From a virus, in IMG/VR virus record IMGVR_UViG_3300038560_000007, positions 1 through 64,000 of that record: a DNA stretch of 64,000 nucleotides; one strand, 5' to 3'. Under the pieces are notes generated by a model. That model did not search any database and had not been told where the DNA came from. It was given only the letters and a program-made list of their open reading frames with translations. Made by a program: the position numbers and the translations under genes. Below, piece after piece: positions 46,577-59,300 of this stretch. Numbering within the stretch: position 1 is the first letter of the stretch; each line of letters begins with the position of its first letter.

Positions 46577-47640
46577 AGCGACGCCTGTGAAACGAAGAGG
46601 TCGATCGGGTAGCTAGAAGCCCCACCGAGCGTAACCGTGTTACCGGCCGACATGTACAGAGGCTGTCCACGGAACTGAATCGTGTGACTGCCAGCCGCAG
46701 GAGTTGTACCCTTGGCCGAGCTAGTCTGATAGAGCACTACCGAGTTGCCACACCTGTAGTTCGTACCATCGATCTTGGTAGTCGTACTGTAGTACGCACC
46801 CTGCTGAACCAGAGTCGAGTCGATGTAGATGCGTTGGTTGATCGCGAACGGGTTATTGGCAGACCACATGTCCATCGCCTGTGCGATGATCAGCAAGTCT
46901 ACGCCGCCAGGGCTAGTGATAGTACAAGACAGGAACGTCGTCTCGCTGCCATACGTCGCGGTCAGGTTAGTAGTCGAGATTGTCTCAGCCGCTGGGAAGG
47001 AGTAGACGTGAAGTGGCCCAGCACCGCTGGGACCTAGAGCAAACAGGCGACTATTCACGACGTCATAGCCGAGCTGTCCAGTTGCACCAGCCGGCAGACT
47101 AGCCATGTTCGGACAGACTAGAACACCGCCGGGAGCTATAGCGAAGAACCGCTCGTCAGTAATGTTCGTCTGCAGGATACTAGAGACGCCAGAGCCTACC
47201 GCGATCTGAGCCAGAACAAGTGAGTTGTTCGGAGCCGTAGGTGCAACACCCGGGTTCCCAGCTGTGCCCTCGACATAAAGCAACTGAGCATACGACGAAC
47301 TACTACCCAGGTCATCCACGTTGATACAGATCAAGTCGATTCGCGTGTTAGGCGAACCCGGTGCAGTCGCAACGGTCAATGTCTGCAACGAAGGACTCGT
47401 AGGACGATAAGCACCCTGAGTCGCACCCGAGTTACTCGGAATGACTGCCGACCCAGGATTGACAGTGATGTTCATGCCGCTAGAGGCAAGCACCTGAAGA
47501 GGGTTGCTAATGCTTTGCAGGACGCCTCCTACCGACCCGCCCAGATACGTACTAGCAGCGATATCTAGACGACCGATGGTATCGTTCCACGTAGACCCCG
47601 CAAGGTATCCGCAGTAGCCTAGGTTGATCGAAGTAGCCAA
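46573..47640 (-). CDS. Minor tail protein
   Basis: GMNITVNPGSA, RIDLI, PTAPNNSLVLAQIAV, ITDER motifs of actinophage minor tail proteins. Confidence 0.8.
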   Translation of the reverse strand: MATSINLGYCGYLAGSTWNDTIGRLDIAASTYLGGSVGGVLQSISNPLQVLASSGMNITVNPGSAVIPSNSGATQGAYRPTSPSLQTLTVATAPGSPNTRIDLICINVDDLGSSSSYAQLLYVEGTAGNPGVAPTAPNNSLVLAQIAVGSGVSSILQTNITDERFFAIAPGGVLVCPNMASLPAGATGQLGYDVVNSRLFALGPSGAGPLHVYSFPAAETISTTNLTATYGSETTFLSCTITSPGGVDLLIIAQAMDMWSANNPFAINQRIYIDSTLVQQGAYYSTTTKIDGTNYRCGNSVVLYQTSSAKGTTPAAGSHTIQFRGQPLYMSAGNTVTLGGASSYPIDLFVSQASL

Positions 47641-47649
47641 GGCATTCTC

Positions 47650-48540
47650 CTATATCCAAGCATCTCGGTGCTGAATGATCATGAGTCCCTGATCGCCTGA
47701 GAGGTGATTACCTGTCAGCAACTGGACGGAATTAATACCTGGAGGCAGCGACCACCAGGACGAGGTGATGTCAGCAGGTACGTAGGCTCCGTTGTGCCAG
47801 GCCATCTTAGCATCAAAGTCAGCGATCAGCTGATCACCGCTGTTCAATGTTACAGTGCTCCAGGTCACCTGCTGACCCGTGTTTACCAGCTTAAGACCGG
47901 GAGCATGCATGGGGCCTACCACTTGAATGATCGGGCGCGTCTCGAAATTACCCGCATTCGTATTACCTGTAGCAGGCTGTACAACTCCAGCAGGAAAGAT
48001 CAGTGGAATGGTAAAGGGGATCGTGCTATAGTTCGGCGAGATAAGTGAAGCCGATGGCCATTGCTTCAGAACCGTAGAGTATTTACGGGGATCCGGCGCA
48101 ATCAAGACAACCGCGAAGACGACCTCGTTTAGGTTGTCATACTGCTCCACGATCTGACCTGAGCGCCTTACCGCCATCTGCTTCGGGATAGGCTCATTAT
48201 ACTGAAGCATAGCCAGGTCATTAACCGGAATGACCTGCTGTAGAATCGATCGAGACAGATCACGAATAGCCCACGTAGGGCTACTCGCTCGAAGCGACAG
48301 GGTCAAAGCTCTCGGGGCGTACCACTGGCCTGTAGCCCAGCCACCAGTGTCAGCCCCTCGCTGAAGAACCGCACCAGCAACGTCGGGACTATCCCACCCC
48401 TGAATGCCTTGCCAGATCCAGTCAATGCCATTCGCGTCAGGACCCGTACCAATGCTAACTACGAGAGGCGAGGTCATATAGGGCGCCTGGTAGCTAATCG
48501 AGCCTGACCAAAACCCTGCGTCCGTACTCATGACGCTCAT
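47650..48540 (-). CDS. Distal tail protein (Dit)
   Basis: Follows tape measure; [36 protein letters not shown]. Confidence 0.85.
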   Translation of the reverse strand: MSVMSTDAGFWSGSISYQAPYMTSPLVVSIGTGPDANGIDWIWQGIQGWDSPDVAGAVLQRGADTGGWATGQWYAPRALTLSLRASSPTWAIRDLSRSILQQVIPVNDLAMLQYNEPIPKQMAVRRSGQIVEQYDNLNEVVFAVVLIAPDPRKYSTVLKQWPSASLISPNYSTIPFTIPLIFPAGVVQPATGNTNAGNFETRPIIQVVGPMHAPGLKLVNTGQQVTWSTVTLNSGDQLIADFDAKMAWHNGAYVPADITSSWWSLPPGINSVQLLTGNHLSGDQGLMIIQHRDAWI

Positions 48541-51500
48541 GGAGCCACCCCTAGCGCTAGAACCAGGTCCATCCTCATCTGAGCCCTCTGCTGCGGCGAA
48601 GGATACTGCGGACCGTAGTAGTTCATGTTGATCATAGGCCCGCCAGGATTGGCCCCGCCTCGCATGGGCCCTCCAGGGATAATCGTCGCGCCCTGATCAC
48701 CGGCCATGGCAAACTCAGGACCGTTCTCGCCTACGATGCCTATCTGACCTGGCGGAATATATCCACCGGCGGCATAGCCTACATACGGACGCCCCTGTTC
48801 GACGGCGATGACACCTGGCACGTTCCAGACGCTACCGTACCTAGCCTTGATATAGTTAATGGCTGCGGCAGCGTTAGCTACTGGATCATAAATGTTCCAG
48901 CTAGTGCCCGCCTGATGATAAGCATCGAACGTGGTCATGATGGTCTGCATTAGACCTCGCGAAGGATCGCCCGCTGCAGCGTTCGAGTCCGTCAGGTTGA
49001 TCGCGTTCGGGTTATCACCAGACTCGTGAGAGGCGATGATCTCCAGACCGCTAAGCCAGGAGGACGAAGTCTTAGTATCCTTCAGAGCGGTCATGAGCCA
49101 AGCTACAGTCTGCGCTGTGGTCGCAACACCACCCTTGCCTGGTGTACCGGCCATCATCTGCTGGGCCATAGCTGCCAAGGCATTCGCCGAAGCATTCAGC
49201 GTGTCCTGGTACTCCGTATCCGCCCAAGACCCTAGACCTGTAATACTGTCACTGTTATAGCTACCTACGACGCCGCCATCCTGATATCCGGGAACGCCCA
49301 TCTTCTTGAAGAGCGGAGCTAGCTTCTGACTAGTCTCCTTGGACACGACGGTCTCACCAGGCTCTGCCAGAAGCGGGAATATGTCCCCGCCGCCGTAGCC
49401 TGGGATCCTCATGCCTTCTCTAGCTGTCGACTGTGAGCCTCCGGGCGCGACGAGCTTACCCAGCGAAGTCTGATAACTCCACTGCCCAGTAGCACTAATG
49501 TGAATCGCTAGCTGCTTTTCCAGAGGCAACCTAGACAGGGCCTGACCGTACTTTTCCGTCTTCGAAGTAGCGATAACCGCAGCCTCGCTATCATCGCCCA
49601 ATGATCGAGCATACGTTTCAGCGATCGTGTTCGCCTGCTTGTTATTCCCCGTCACGTTCGTCAAGAGCTGAACTAGGTTCTGATAGTCCTGCCTAGTAAT
49701 GTTAGACTGCGCACCGTTCTTCTGAAGCGAGTTCGTGTAGTTCTCAGTCGCTTGCTGAACGTTATCAACCTTCAGCTTGGCCGCGTCCATCTGAGCGATG
49801 ATGTCCTGCGCCATGACGTTACCCAAGTTCTGAGCAACCTGAGCCATGTTGCCCATCTTCTGAGTCGTCGAATCGATGATCTCCTGAAGATTCTTCGTCG
49901 CGTCGTGAGTATTACCCAACCACTTTGTTAGGGTCGTAAGGTTATCGGTAGTCGGTCCACCGGCCTGCTGAGCCAGGGCATCCAGCTCCGTGATCGCCGT
50001 CTTGTTAGTTCCCACAAACGGGATCATCTCAGCGACCATGTCCTTGATAGCCTTTGTAAACTGACCGCCACTCAGTTCGCCTTCAGAGCCTGCCTCACGC
50101 AGCCAGTCGATTAGCTGCGGAGCAGAACTTCCGATTATCTGGTCCAAGTTCTGCCAAGCCTGTGCGCCCGTTGACCCTGCAGTATTTAGAGACTCTGCAA
50201 ACTTCTTCGTACTTAGGCTCATACCGGTCATAGACTCAGAAAACGAGAACTTCGAAGTGTCTGTAATGTTCGTTAGGTTAGTCAGTCCCTGAGTAAAGGA
50301 ACCTAGGTTACTAGTGCCACCAGTAATAGACTGCATCCAAGCATCCCAGGCCTGATTTAGCTCAGATACCTTCGTAGCCTGCTCACCCGCCTGGATAGCT
50401 AGCGCAGTCATGTCCCTACCGACTATGCCTGCAGGCTGGCCCATGGCCTGATACCCTGCAACTAGGTCAGCAATCTTCAGCCGGTTAATGTCGGCAGCTT
50501 CACTCGTTCCGGTAATACCGTCTGCCAAGTGAACGTTTGCCATCTGGGCCAAAGCGAGCGCACCGATATAAGAGGTGCCATACGTCTTTTCCAAGAAGGC
50601 AATGCCGCCGCCCACGCGAGCCGTAGTCTGTAGCAGATCCTTCTGCTCGGTATTAAGATCCGAAACCCTCTGCGTAACGATGCCCGCAACCTCGCCATAG
50701 CCTCGCATAGGCGTAGTGTCATACATACTGTTTAGGCTCTTCTGCGACTCCTGTGCATAGTCCATCTGCTGATCGAGCTGCTCAAAGGACTTAGCCAGCT
50801 TATCGATAACGTCAAAGTTAGAAGTAGACTGAATCGCCGCGTTGAGGCTCGATATCCATTCTTCCGTTGCAGTCTTCGCGGTCATGATCTTGTATGCGAG
50901 GAACCCAAACGCTGCAGCGCCAATGACAACTACGGAGGCCAACCCAGGACCCATACTGTTTGCGGCGTCACCTATCTCAACACCGGCCTTACCGATAGCG
51001 CCGCCAGCCTTATCAGCAGCTCCTCCTACTTCCCCGAAGCTGCCCACCATCGCGCCGATTCGCAGCATAAACGAGCCGATGATAGATCCAGCCGTACCTA
51101 GGATAGTCGAGAAGTACTCTCCAAACTTCGCGAGCAGCGGAATTCCCTCACCCAGTACCATCCCGCTAATGGCAGCGCCCATACGAGCAAACAGAGTAAT
51201 GAATAGACCACCCCAACGATAGAACTCTTCGATGACAATGATAGCCATAACAAGAGGCTTGGGCAGCTCGGAGAACCACTTAATGAGTTCTATAACACCA
51301 TCAACCATAGCCAACAAGACATGAACTAGTCCAGGCATATCGGCAGCGAGATGTACAATCGCATCACCGAGGTTACCGAAGATCCGAGCGATCTCGACCG
51401 CGTCTTCTGTCATGCCCCCGAGCAGACCCTTAGCCAGGCCCGCACCACCAGCAGACAGATCATATTGAACCTTCGCCAAGAAGGTGTCAAAGATGCCTAT

Positions 51501-52280
51501 AATCTTGAGACCTTCAGCAGCCAAGTCTACGGTGTGCATCCTGGCGACTTCGATCGCGGCACCCATAGCCTGATACACCATTGGGTTAGCCATGTTCTGA
51601 GCCCGTTGTAGCTCATTCCCAATGCCCAGAGCCTCACCCAACGTCTTATGAAACATGTTAGTAGTGGCTTCAGATGCAGTCCACAGAGACGTCATGTGCT
51701 GAGCAGCCATCTGAACGCCCTGCGCAGCATCAGCCGCTGCACCACCTAGAGCGACTGCCGCCGGGACTACGACTGCAGCCAGCTCCGCACCTGCAGCAAG
51801 GATCCAGTGCAGCCACTGAGCCCAGTTCTTTGTCCAGCCTCCGCCGCCAGCACCGAGGATGAAGTTGATCCCGCCCAGCTCTGCAGCAACGTCCCGAATC
51901 TTCTCAAAAGATTCCGCCGTGGCGCGCGCACTAGCATCCAGGAGCATGACATCCGTAATGGCTGTACTAATGCCATCCAGATTAACCTGGATGTTGAATT
52001 CCTTCTGAAGGACCTCGATCATTCCCATGATCTCAAGCCACTCAGCGTCGAACTCGGCCTTGTTAATGCCAACGTTAATAGAACGGTCGTGAAGGGCTGC
52101 TAGCCTGGCATTGATTACAGCAATAGTCGCATCGAGCTTTTGCTGGTCGATCGACACGCCAACCGCACGGTCCTTGATCTCTGCCAGCTTGGCCTCTACA
52201 ACACCTATCTGCTCATCAAGCCGTGCTTGGTCGATCTCGACGTCGACATAAGCACTAGCAATCCTAAAACCGTCTGGCAC
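48537..52280 (-). CDS. Tape measure protein with C-terminal lytic transglycosylase domain
   Basis: 1247 aa helical; [34 protein letters not shown] motif. Confidence 0.93.
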   Translation of the reverse strand: MPDGFRIASAYVDVEIDQARLDEQIGVVEAKLAEIKDRAVGVSIDQQKLDATIAVINARLAALHDRSINVGINKAEFDAEWLEIMGMIEVLQKEFNIQVNLDGISTAITDVMLLDASARATAESFEKIRDVAAELGGINFILGAGGGGWTKNWAQWLHWILAAGAELAAVVVPAAVALGGAAADAAQGVQMAAQHMTSLWTASEATTNMFHKTLGEALGIGNELQRAQNMANPMVYQAMGAAIEVARMHTVDLAAEGLKIIGIFDTFLAKVQYDLSAGGAGLAKGLLGGMTEDAVEIARIFGNLGDAIVHLAADMPGLVHVLLAMVDGVIELIKWFSELPKPLVMAIIVIEEFYRWGGLFITLFARMGAAISGMVLGEGIPLLAKFGEYFSTILGTAGSIIGSFMLRIGAMVGSFGEVGGAADKAGGAIGKAGVEIGDAANSMGPGLASVVVIGAAAFGFLAYKIMTAKTATEEWISSLNAAIQSTSNFDVIDKLAKSFEQLDQQMDYAQESQKSLNSMYDTTPMRGYGEVAGIVTQRVSDLNTEQKDLLQTTARVGGGIAFLEKTYGTSYIGALALAQMANVHLADGITGTSEAADINRLKIADLVAGYQAMGQPAGIVGRDMTALAIQAGEQATKVSELNQAWDAWMQSITGGTSNLGSFTQGLTNLTNITDTSKFSFSESMTGMSLSTKKFAESLNTAGSTGAQAWQNLDQIIGSSAPQLIDWLREAGSEGELSGGQFTKAIKDMVAEMIPFVGTNKTAITELDALAQQAGGPTTDNLTTLTKWLGNTHDATKNLQEIIDSTTQKMGNMAQVAQNLGNVMAQDIIAQMDAAKLKVDNVQQATENYTNSLQKNGAQSNITRQDYQNLVQLLTNVTGNNKQANTIAETYARSLGDDSEAAVIATSKTEKYGQALSRLPLEKQLAIHISATGQWSYQTSLGKLVAPGGSQSTAREGMRIPGYGGGDIFPLLAEPGETVVSKETSQKLAPLFKKMGVPGYQDGGVVGSYNSDSITGLGSWADTEYQDTLNASANALAAMAQQMMAGTPGKGGVATTAQTVAWLMTALKDTKTSSSWLSGLEIIASHESGDNPNAINLTDSNAAAGDPSRGLMQTIMTTFDAYHQAGTSWNIYDPVANAAAAINYIKARYGSVWNVPGVIAVEQGRPYVGYAAGGYIPPGQIGIVGENGPEFAMAGDQGATIIPGGPMRGGANPGGPMINMNYYGPQYPSPQQRAQMRMDLVLALGVAP

Positions 52281-53043
52281 TAGGTCATCTCCGCAATCTC
52301 AAACAACCCAACATCCTGACCGATAGCGGGAGCGGGGCGATACATCGCTGCCAACTGCTCGCGTGTCAAGGGAGGCACATCCGCCGATGGAGCCGACGAG
52401 GCTCTCGGATCCGACTGCTGAGGAGCCTGAGCCTCGGGAGCCTCCTGCTGTCGAGCCGTCTCGACGTCTCCGGGAATAGCCGAGGCGAAGACTGCGCCGT
52501 TGTAAGACACCAGCCTATGCGCCAGGAGGAAGAACGTCGGCCCATCAAGTTCATTGGCATCCCTTATCCCATGCAGAGCACTCAGATCACTAGCAATGTC
52601 CCCTAGGTAGTTGATGGTCCAGAGGATCTGCGCTGCGCGCTGCTTCCATTCTGGCCCGTTCTCGAACTCCCGTTGGAGCTCCTCTTCCGTTCTTTTGGGC
52701 CTGTAGAGATGGCAACTGCACGACTCATCACGTCGTCGAAGTCTTTCTGAGTCAACTTGTCGTACGTCATGAGCGCCCTGTAACCCTCGTTACCTAGCAG
52801 GCTGTTGAGAAGGAAGTAGTTCGCCTCAGCTTCACCCTTCGTATGCAAGAGGTAGAGGTATCGAAGCCCGACGTTCGGCGCCGGCTTGGCAGGTACCGTG
52901 TATTCCTTATCATCGATGTAGAACAACGGCATGCGCTTCGATGCCCCAACCTCTGCATCACTCCTAAGCCTAACCGCCGGAACAATTTGTCCGACGACCG
53001 AGCCTTCGATCGTGTCTTCGCTAGTGTCCGCCATTGAAGACAC
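52280..53043 (-). CDS. Tail assembly chaperone G/GT with -1 programmed frameshift
   Basis: G = 53043-52603; slippery C CCA AAA at 52699-52693; -1 frame stays open into 52510-52280. Confidence 0.8.
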
Positions 53044-53047
53044 CTCC

Positions 53048-53641
53048 TTACGCGGTCTGGTCTTGGATATGGAAGGGGGCGATCGTCGACGACACGTAGT
53101 ATGCCGTAAACGTACAGTCCCAGGTAACCTGATTGGTCAGGTCGTACTTCGCGCTCGCCTTCAGATCGTCAAGCACCTTCCGAACGATGATCCGACGGCG
53201 TGCCTGGAGGCCCGTAGCAAGCGTAGGCGCCCAGCCATCGATGATGAGCCCGATGTACGTCGGCTGCGTAGCTGACGTGGTAGTAATCGGGTCCAGGGTG
53301 GTAACTCCCGACAGCGGGTTCTGGATCGCGACCTGGTTCATCGCTAGCCACAGGTTCTGCATCGTGGCTTCCAGAAGGTTCGCCATCACCTGGATCGTCC
53401 TACCAGAGAGGCGAGCCCCGATGGGGTCGATGTTCTGATCGGCCTTGATCTGAGTATACGTATGCGCTACGCTCAGCGACACGCCTCCCGTAGTAGCACC
53501 CAGATCGGTCCAGTTGGCGTTTCCGGTGACCCACGGAGGCTGCGTAACAGCTGCGTTGGTGTCCGGAGGCTCCGCAGAGCCAAACGCGTTCCAGTACAGG
53601 ACTGCTGGTCCCTGGACCACGTTATTCGGGTTGACTGGCAT
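53048..53641 (-). CDS. Major tail tube protein
   Basis: VVQGPAVLY, WTDLGATTGGV, ADQ, LEAT.QNL; upstream of TAC. Confidence 0.85.
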   Translation of the reverse strand: MPVNPNNVVQGPAVLYWNAFGSAEPPDTNAAVTQPPWVTGNANWTDLGATTGGVSLSVAHTYTQIKADQNIDPIGARLSGRTIQVMANLLEATMQNLWLAMNQVAIQNPLSGVTTLDPITTTSATQPTYIGLIIDGWAPTLATGLQARRRIIVRKVLDDLKASAKYDLTNQVTWDCTFTAYYVSSTIAPFHIQDQTA

Positions 53642-53654
53642 TTCTCACCTCCTA

Positions 53655-54035
53655 TTAGTAGACGCCGGACGCCTGAAGAACGACGCAGAGAACGTTGGTG
53701 ACGGAGCTGAAGTCAACCGCGACCTGGCTCGTCCCCGCCTGGTCAAGCGCGGAGTGGAAGGGCCCAAGAAGTGACAGAGTCGAGACCGTCAGAGGCCCAA
53801 CCGAGAAGGCCGTGGCGGCTAGCCCGAAGAGCGTAGCGCCGATGTTGACCGTCAGGGTAGAGGCTGTCGTGCCCAGCTGAACTAGCAAGAACGTCTGGCC
53901 GGGAACGTTGGTGAACTGAACACCATTACCAGCACCCGTGCCGCCCGGTGCAACGCCTGCGGTAGCGAGCGTGTTCAGGTTAGCTGCCGTTGAGTCTGCC
54001 GTCAACAGTGTTGGCGTGAGAATGGTCCTAGCCAT
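53655..54035 (-). CDS. Small virion beta protein (paralogue of 54035-54400)
   Basis: ADS...PGQT.L..GAT.FG.A..LGPFHSAL..SGVY shared. Confidence 0.7.
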   Translation of the reverse strand: MARTILTPTLLTADSTAANLNTLATAGVAPGGTGAGNGVQFTNVPGQTFLLVQLGTTASTLTVNIGATLFGLAATAFSVGPLTVSTLSLLGPFHSALDQAGTSQVAVDFSSVTNVLCVVLQASGVY

Positions 54036-54400
54036 TAGTACACCCCCGACAGCTGAAGACAGGCCATGCTAGCGACTAGCCCAGCCGACGTAATGACCTG
54101 AACGACGTTACTGGCCCCCGGTAGCTCTAGCGCCGAGTGGAACGGGCCGAGAACGTAGATGGTCGACAGAGTCAGCGTCAGCGCCGTATAGGACGCAAAA
54201 GCCTGCCCGAAGATAGTCGATCCGACTGTAGTCTGAACGGTCCCACCCGTGCCGCCAACCGAGATAAGCAGGATGGTCTGACCAGGGAAGTTCGGGAACG
54301 CAACCGTGTTGCCGCCTGTAATCACAGTCAGCCCGGTGGTCACGTTGTTCGCTACCGAGTCAGCCCCGCACAGCTGAGCCGTCAGAGTCTGAGTTGCCAT
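54035..54400 (-). CDS. Small virion beta protein (paralogue of 53655-54035)
   Basis: Same motifs. Confidence 0.7.
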   Translation of the reverse strand: MATQTLTAQLCGADSVANNVTTGLTVITGGNTVAFPNFPGQTILLISVGGTGGTVQTTVGSTIFGQAFASYTALTLTLSTIYVLGPFHSALELPGASNVVQVITSAGLVASMACLQLSGVY

Positions 54401-54403
54401 TCG

Positions 54404-54613
54404 TCACCTCCTCTTCCTTCTCTTTGAAGCTCCGCCGAAGTTCTTAGCGAAGTTCGCCTGCCTCCGGGTGGAAGCAGGATACCGACCCTTCGGGGCTCGC
54501 AGGACCTTGCTGGCGTAAGCTTGAACGCCCATCCCAGCGGCCTTGGCCTTCTTGGTAAAAGCCCCCTTCTTGGACGGCTTGATCCTAATCGGCCGCCGCT
54601 TCCTTGCCGCCAT
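54404..54613 (-). CDS. Very basic small protein
   Basis: IKPSKKGAFTKKAKAAGMGVQAYA...RRQANFAKNF; no acidic residues. Confidence 0.65.
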   Translation of the reverse strand: MAARKRRPIRIKPSKKGAFTKKAKAAGMGVQAYASKVLRAPKGRYPASTRRQANFAKNFGGASKRRKRR

Positions 54614-54948
54614 CAGTCGGCACGCCTCCCTTCACCTCTACTCGTACCGGTCCCGGAACGGTAACATCTACCGGCGGCGGCTCGACCTTCGACTCCCCTC
54701 CCCCTGCGTACGTAGCTCGAGTCACCTCAGGAGTCACTACCTCACGCGGCTCCCCCAGCTTGCCTTCGGAGTCTCCGTCCTCGTCGTACAGGATCTCCTC
54801 GATCTCGCCGCGCTCTACCATCCCGTCGATGTCGTCGATATCAACGAGACGCGGCACGTCGCTGCCAACGACCTTCACCATGTTGCTGACTGGTTTGCCG
54901 TTAGACTGTCGCTTGATGTCCTTTTCAGTCAGTGGCACGTTCGCCTCC

Positions 54949-55461
54949 TTAGTTGGAAATGACAAGGTTAACTTCCTTCCAAGTCACTCCCATGTCGAAT
55001 TGGTAAACCGCGTACTCTCGAGGATCACCATAGATCCTCCTAGGCTCCGTATGCATCACGGTCTCCAGGACTACAGCAGGGTTATAATCTAGGCCGTTCG
55101 CCTGAATAGTCAGAGCACGCCCGAACACTCCCAAGCCTCTACTATACATCGCGATACGAATTATCTCCGCCATGTTGTTAGCCGCGAACCAGGGAGGCTT
55201 AGTCGACGTCAGCTTTAGAGCCCAGCACTTTACTTCCATGACAGGCATAGCCAGGGGAGCCTGTCCAACAGGCTTAGGCGTACCCCCCACCACGCGACAG
55301 GTAATGAACTGACTGATACCGCCGACCGCCGGCCACTGTTCCTGTGGAGGGGCCTGAGTCGCCACCATGTTCGACGTGAAACCCGAGCCAGGGATCGAAG
55401 AGAGCCAAGCGCAAGTCACTAGCTCAGAGTTCGGATGGTAGGTCAATGGTCGAACCTCCAA
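54949..55461 (-). CDS. Tail terminator-like protein
   Basis: Synteny; VVGG.P..P.MEV.CWA; PRRIYGD..YAVY.FD. Confidence 0.65.
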   Translation of the reverse strand: MEVRPLTYHPNSELVTCAWLSSIPGSGFTSNMVATQAPPQEQWPAVGGISQFITCRVVGGTPKPVGQAPLAMPVMEVKCWALKLTSTKPPWFAANNMAEIIRIAMYSRGLGVFGRALTIQANGLDYNPAVVLETVMHTEPRRIYGDPREYAVYQFDMGVTWKEVNLVISN

Positions 55462-55871
55462 TGAAGATGAAACTCTTCATACGTAAAGAGGTTCGGATAG
55501 GAAATGCCGGGATGCGACACCGCAGTATTCATCGTCGCCGGAGGATCAGGAACCATCGGCGTACGATACTTATACAGGGCCGGTCGGAGGAAGGGCTCCT
55601 CTAGAACGACCTCAGGCCCTACGTTACCTGTACTTGGGTGAAACACTCGATGGCCTAGCTCAACCCATGCGGAGTAGGGAGCTGGCGAAATGATGTAGAG
55701 AGTGTCACCGTCAACACTATGATGAATAAGGGCGGCCATGACCCCCGTGCGCTTCGGTGCATAACGCTTAGCGTCTTCCACAATGAGCGGCCCAAGCCGA
55801 TCATCAAGAAAGACGCTGCCGGCCAGCTCAATTTGAGCAACCGCGCCTGCATCTATTACCACACGCGCCAC
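55443..55871 (-). CDS. HK97 gp10-like tail completion protein
   Basis: AKRYAPKRTG, PYSAWVELG, PFLRPAL. Confidence 0.8.
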   Translation of the reverse strand: MARVVIDAGAVAQIELAGSVFLDDRLGPLIVEDAKRYAPKRTGVMAALIHHSVDGDTLYIISPAPYSAWVELGHRVFHPSTGNVGPEVVLEEPFLRPALYKYRTPMVPDPPATMNTAVSHPGISYPNLFTYEEFHLHWRFDH

Positions 55872-55919
55872 GGACCGTCCTCTACGTTAGGTCCTAATGC
55901 CCGCTGAACGTCTCTACGA

Positions 55920-56297
55920 CTAAGCGGGCTGTGTAGTTGTAATACGCCTCAGAGTCACCTGCATGTCCTGAACGATGCCACCTACATTCCCCAGCTGCGT
56001 CACCATATAGACAGGATAGGTAATGTTAGTGCCCTCGTCCAGTACTTGATCGTTTATAGTCAAGTCTGTATTACCTGGAAGGATAAGAGTGATAGCCCTC
56101 ACGATCGCCGGCATCTCCGTCGAAGGCGGATACGCTGTAGTACCCATGATCAACGGGCGCAGAGCACTCATACCAGGCGAGCTAAGGAAGGCTGGCACTC
56201 CGCTAGCGATGACTACAGGCTGATCCTCGATGTCGCCAAACGAATCGAAACCGGTCCCTCTCAGGATCGATATCGTCGTGTTGGCCATCACATACAA
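55920..56297 (-). CDS. Head-closure (stopper) protein
   Basis: TTISILRG..DSFGD..D; DLTINDQVLD; synteny. Confidence 0.7.
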   Translation of the reverse strand: MYVMANTTISILRGTGFDSFGDIEDQPVVIASGVPAFLSSPGMSALRPLIMGTTAYPPSTEMPAIVRAITLILPGNTDLTINDQVLDEGTNITYPVYMVTQLGNVGGIVQDMQVTLRRITTTQPA

Positions 56298-56367
56298 ATA
56301 GTCCTCCTATCTACTATTATAGTATGATTCATCCTGCGAAGGCCACGGATGTAAGGTAAGTGTCCTC

Positions 56368-59300
56368 TTAATCTATGTTCAGTACCCCCGCATACATAGC
56401 GGGAAGCTCTCCCGTACCAGTAGAGTTAACCTGCACCCAGGCATAGTACGTCCCCGCGGTCAGGCCTGTATTCGGAATGAGCGCCAGGTACGGAGGCTGA
56501 ACAGAGTTCGTCCCCCATGTTCCTCCAATCCACTGCCCCGAAGTAGGCTCACCTGTCACGTCAGGAGACCCCATCCCTGGAGGCGGCGTAGTCAGGAACG
56601 CACCCTTCACAGGGAGAGATGAAAGGACTACACCTAGAGGCCCCCACACGTTGATGGCGATGTTCTGTTGTGATACCAAAAAGACCGACGCTGTTGATGT
56701 CATAAGCTTAGCCTCCCAAATTCCGCTCGTTAGCTCGGCTGTCCATGTACAAGGCACGATTCTCGCCTCCCAAAGCGACGCCTGGATTATCGACACCCAG
56801 GGTGTTCCCTCAAGCTCTGTAGTCGACGTGACCACCGCAGTAGCCGAAAGATACCCCATGCCTGTCAAAAGGGCTGTCGATGCTATGTTCGATGTGACTA
56901 GGGCCTGTGACGTAAGGTTACCTACACCAGTTAGCGTCGTCCCACTAAGGAAGTTCACGACAGGTTGAGCCGTTAGAGTGCCCAACCCAACTAGAGTAGC
57001 CGCCCCGGGCAGACCTGTAATGCTCTGCGAAGTCAACGAGCCTATACCCGACATAGTCAACGCACCGAGGAAGTTCACTACAGGCTGAGTCGTCAGAGCC
57101 CCTATACCTGAAGTCACGCCCGCCGTAAGGAAGTTCACGATAGGCTGCGTGGTAAGCGTACCGGCACCGCTCAACACCGCAACCGAAAGGAAGTTAGCTA
57201 GCGCCTGAGAAGTCAAAGATCCTGTTCCGGTAAGGACTGATGCGTCTAGGAAGTTCACTACAGGCTGCGACGTAAGAGTGCCCGTGCCCGATACCGAAGC
57301 TGTTGCCGAGAAGGAACCGCTAACCGACGCATTGGCTGTAAGCGAGCCTATACCAGATAGCAACGCCGTCTCTAGGAAGTTCACAACAGGCTGAGACGTT
57401 AGCGCACCGAGACCTGACATGGATGAAGTCATCAGGAAGTTGACTACAACCTGTGACGTCAAAGACCCTGCGCCACTTATGCTCGCTGCGGTTAGGAAGT
57501 TCACAACAGGCTGAGACGTTAGCGTCCCCAGACCTACAAGGGCCGCCGCCTGATACATATTGACACTCGGCTGAGCTGTCAAGGTACCTAGGCCAGACAT
57601 CGAAGACGCACCGAGGAAGTTAACTACCGGCTGTGAGGTAAGCGTTCCAATGCCTGAGAACGATGCTGCATCCTTGAAGTTCACTACCGGCTGGGACGTA
57701 AGCGACCCTAGTCCACTAAGAGCCGCGTTGCCAAAGAGGTTAACGACCGGCTGAGCCGTTAGCGTACCAGCCCCAGTCATCGAAGAACTCTCGAAGAAGT
57801 TCACGACAGGCTGCGACGTAAGCGACCCTATGCCAGTCAGCGCCGCGTTGCCAAAGAAGTTCACGATAGGTTGTGAAGTAAGAGAACCGGTTCCGGATAT
57901 TGTCCCTGCCGAAACAAAGTTCACTACGGGCTGAGTAGTCAGCGTACCTGAACCGTTCAGCGAAGCGGTAGCGTTAAACGAACCACTAGTAGACACCGTA
58001 GCGCTCAGAGATCCTGTACCTACCAAGGACGCAGTCTCTAGGAAGTTCACCACAGGCTGACTGGTCAGACCCCCCATGCCAGACAGGGACGCAGCCTCAA
58101 TGAAGTTAGCGACTGGCTGCGACGTCAGAGTTCCCGAACCGCTTAGACTGGCATTACCGAAGAAGTTAACAACAGGCTGAGCAATCAACAAGCCGGAACC
58201 GCTCAAAGACGCTGTCGAAGCAAAGTTGATGACAGGCTGAGCAGTAAGCAGCCCACTGCCAGAGAGAGACGCTACCTCTAGGAAGTTCACCACAGGCTGA
58301 GCCGTTAGAGACCCGCTGCCAGACAGAATCACACTAACCTGAGCATACGCCTTCAACGAGCCCGTACCAGACAGAGCAGCAGCACCTAGGAAGTTCATTA
58401 CAGGCTGAGCCGTTAGAGACCCTGCCCCGCTGAGTGACGCCGTCTCAAGGAAGTTGACTACCGGCTGTGACGTTAGCAAACCGGAACCACTAATACTAGC
58501 CGCGGTAAGGAAGTTGACTACCGGCTGAGACGTCAACAACCCAGAGCCACTAAGCGCTACAGCAGTTAGGAAGTTTATGACTGGCTGCGCAGTAAGGGAA
58601 CCAACGCCCGATAGTGCAGCCGCGCCTTCTACACCCACAGTCCACAACGCTGTAAGCGATCCAGAGCCTGACAGCGAAGAAGTCTCTATGAAGCTAACGA
58701 CAGGCTGAGATGTCAGACCTCCTGAGCCACTAAGGCTCGACGCCTCTAGGAAGTTAACGACAGGCTGAGACATCAAGACGCCAGAGCCAGACAGCGACGC
58801 AGCATCCTCAAGATTGACTACAGGCTGTGCGCTAAGAGAGCCTGACCCTGATAGCGAGGCAGTCTCTACGAAGTTAACGACCGGCTGATCCGTTAGAGCA
58901 CCCGCACCGCTGAGGCTTGACGCCTCAACCTCGTTGACGACCGGCTGAGACGTAAGAGAACCTGAGCCCGAGATCGCCGCTGCGCCTAGGAAGTTTACGA
59001 CCGGCTGCGCAGTAAGCTGTCCGCTACCACTAATAGACGCGCCTGAAGGGAAGCCTACAGTCGTCGGAGGAGCAACAGCTTGGAACTTGGTCGGAGTCGG
59101 CTCCCACTGCTTCCGAACCTTATGAAGACCCGAGAGGACTGGAGGTCCCGCGACAGGACCCGCCGCAGCCTTGAACGCGAACAGGCCGGTAGCGCTATAG
59201 TTCGTCGTGCCGAACGTCACTGAGTACGACGTCGCAGCATTAGACGTAGCGGTCTGGTACGAGGTAATGCCCCAGATCTCACTGCCGGTATAACAGGTCT

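Noticed and set aside
56310-56345. Minus-strand late promoter (TATAATAGTAG)
   Set aside because: The -10 context matches, but the -35-like hexamer is only 13 nt away; not called.
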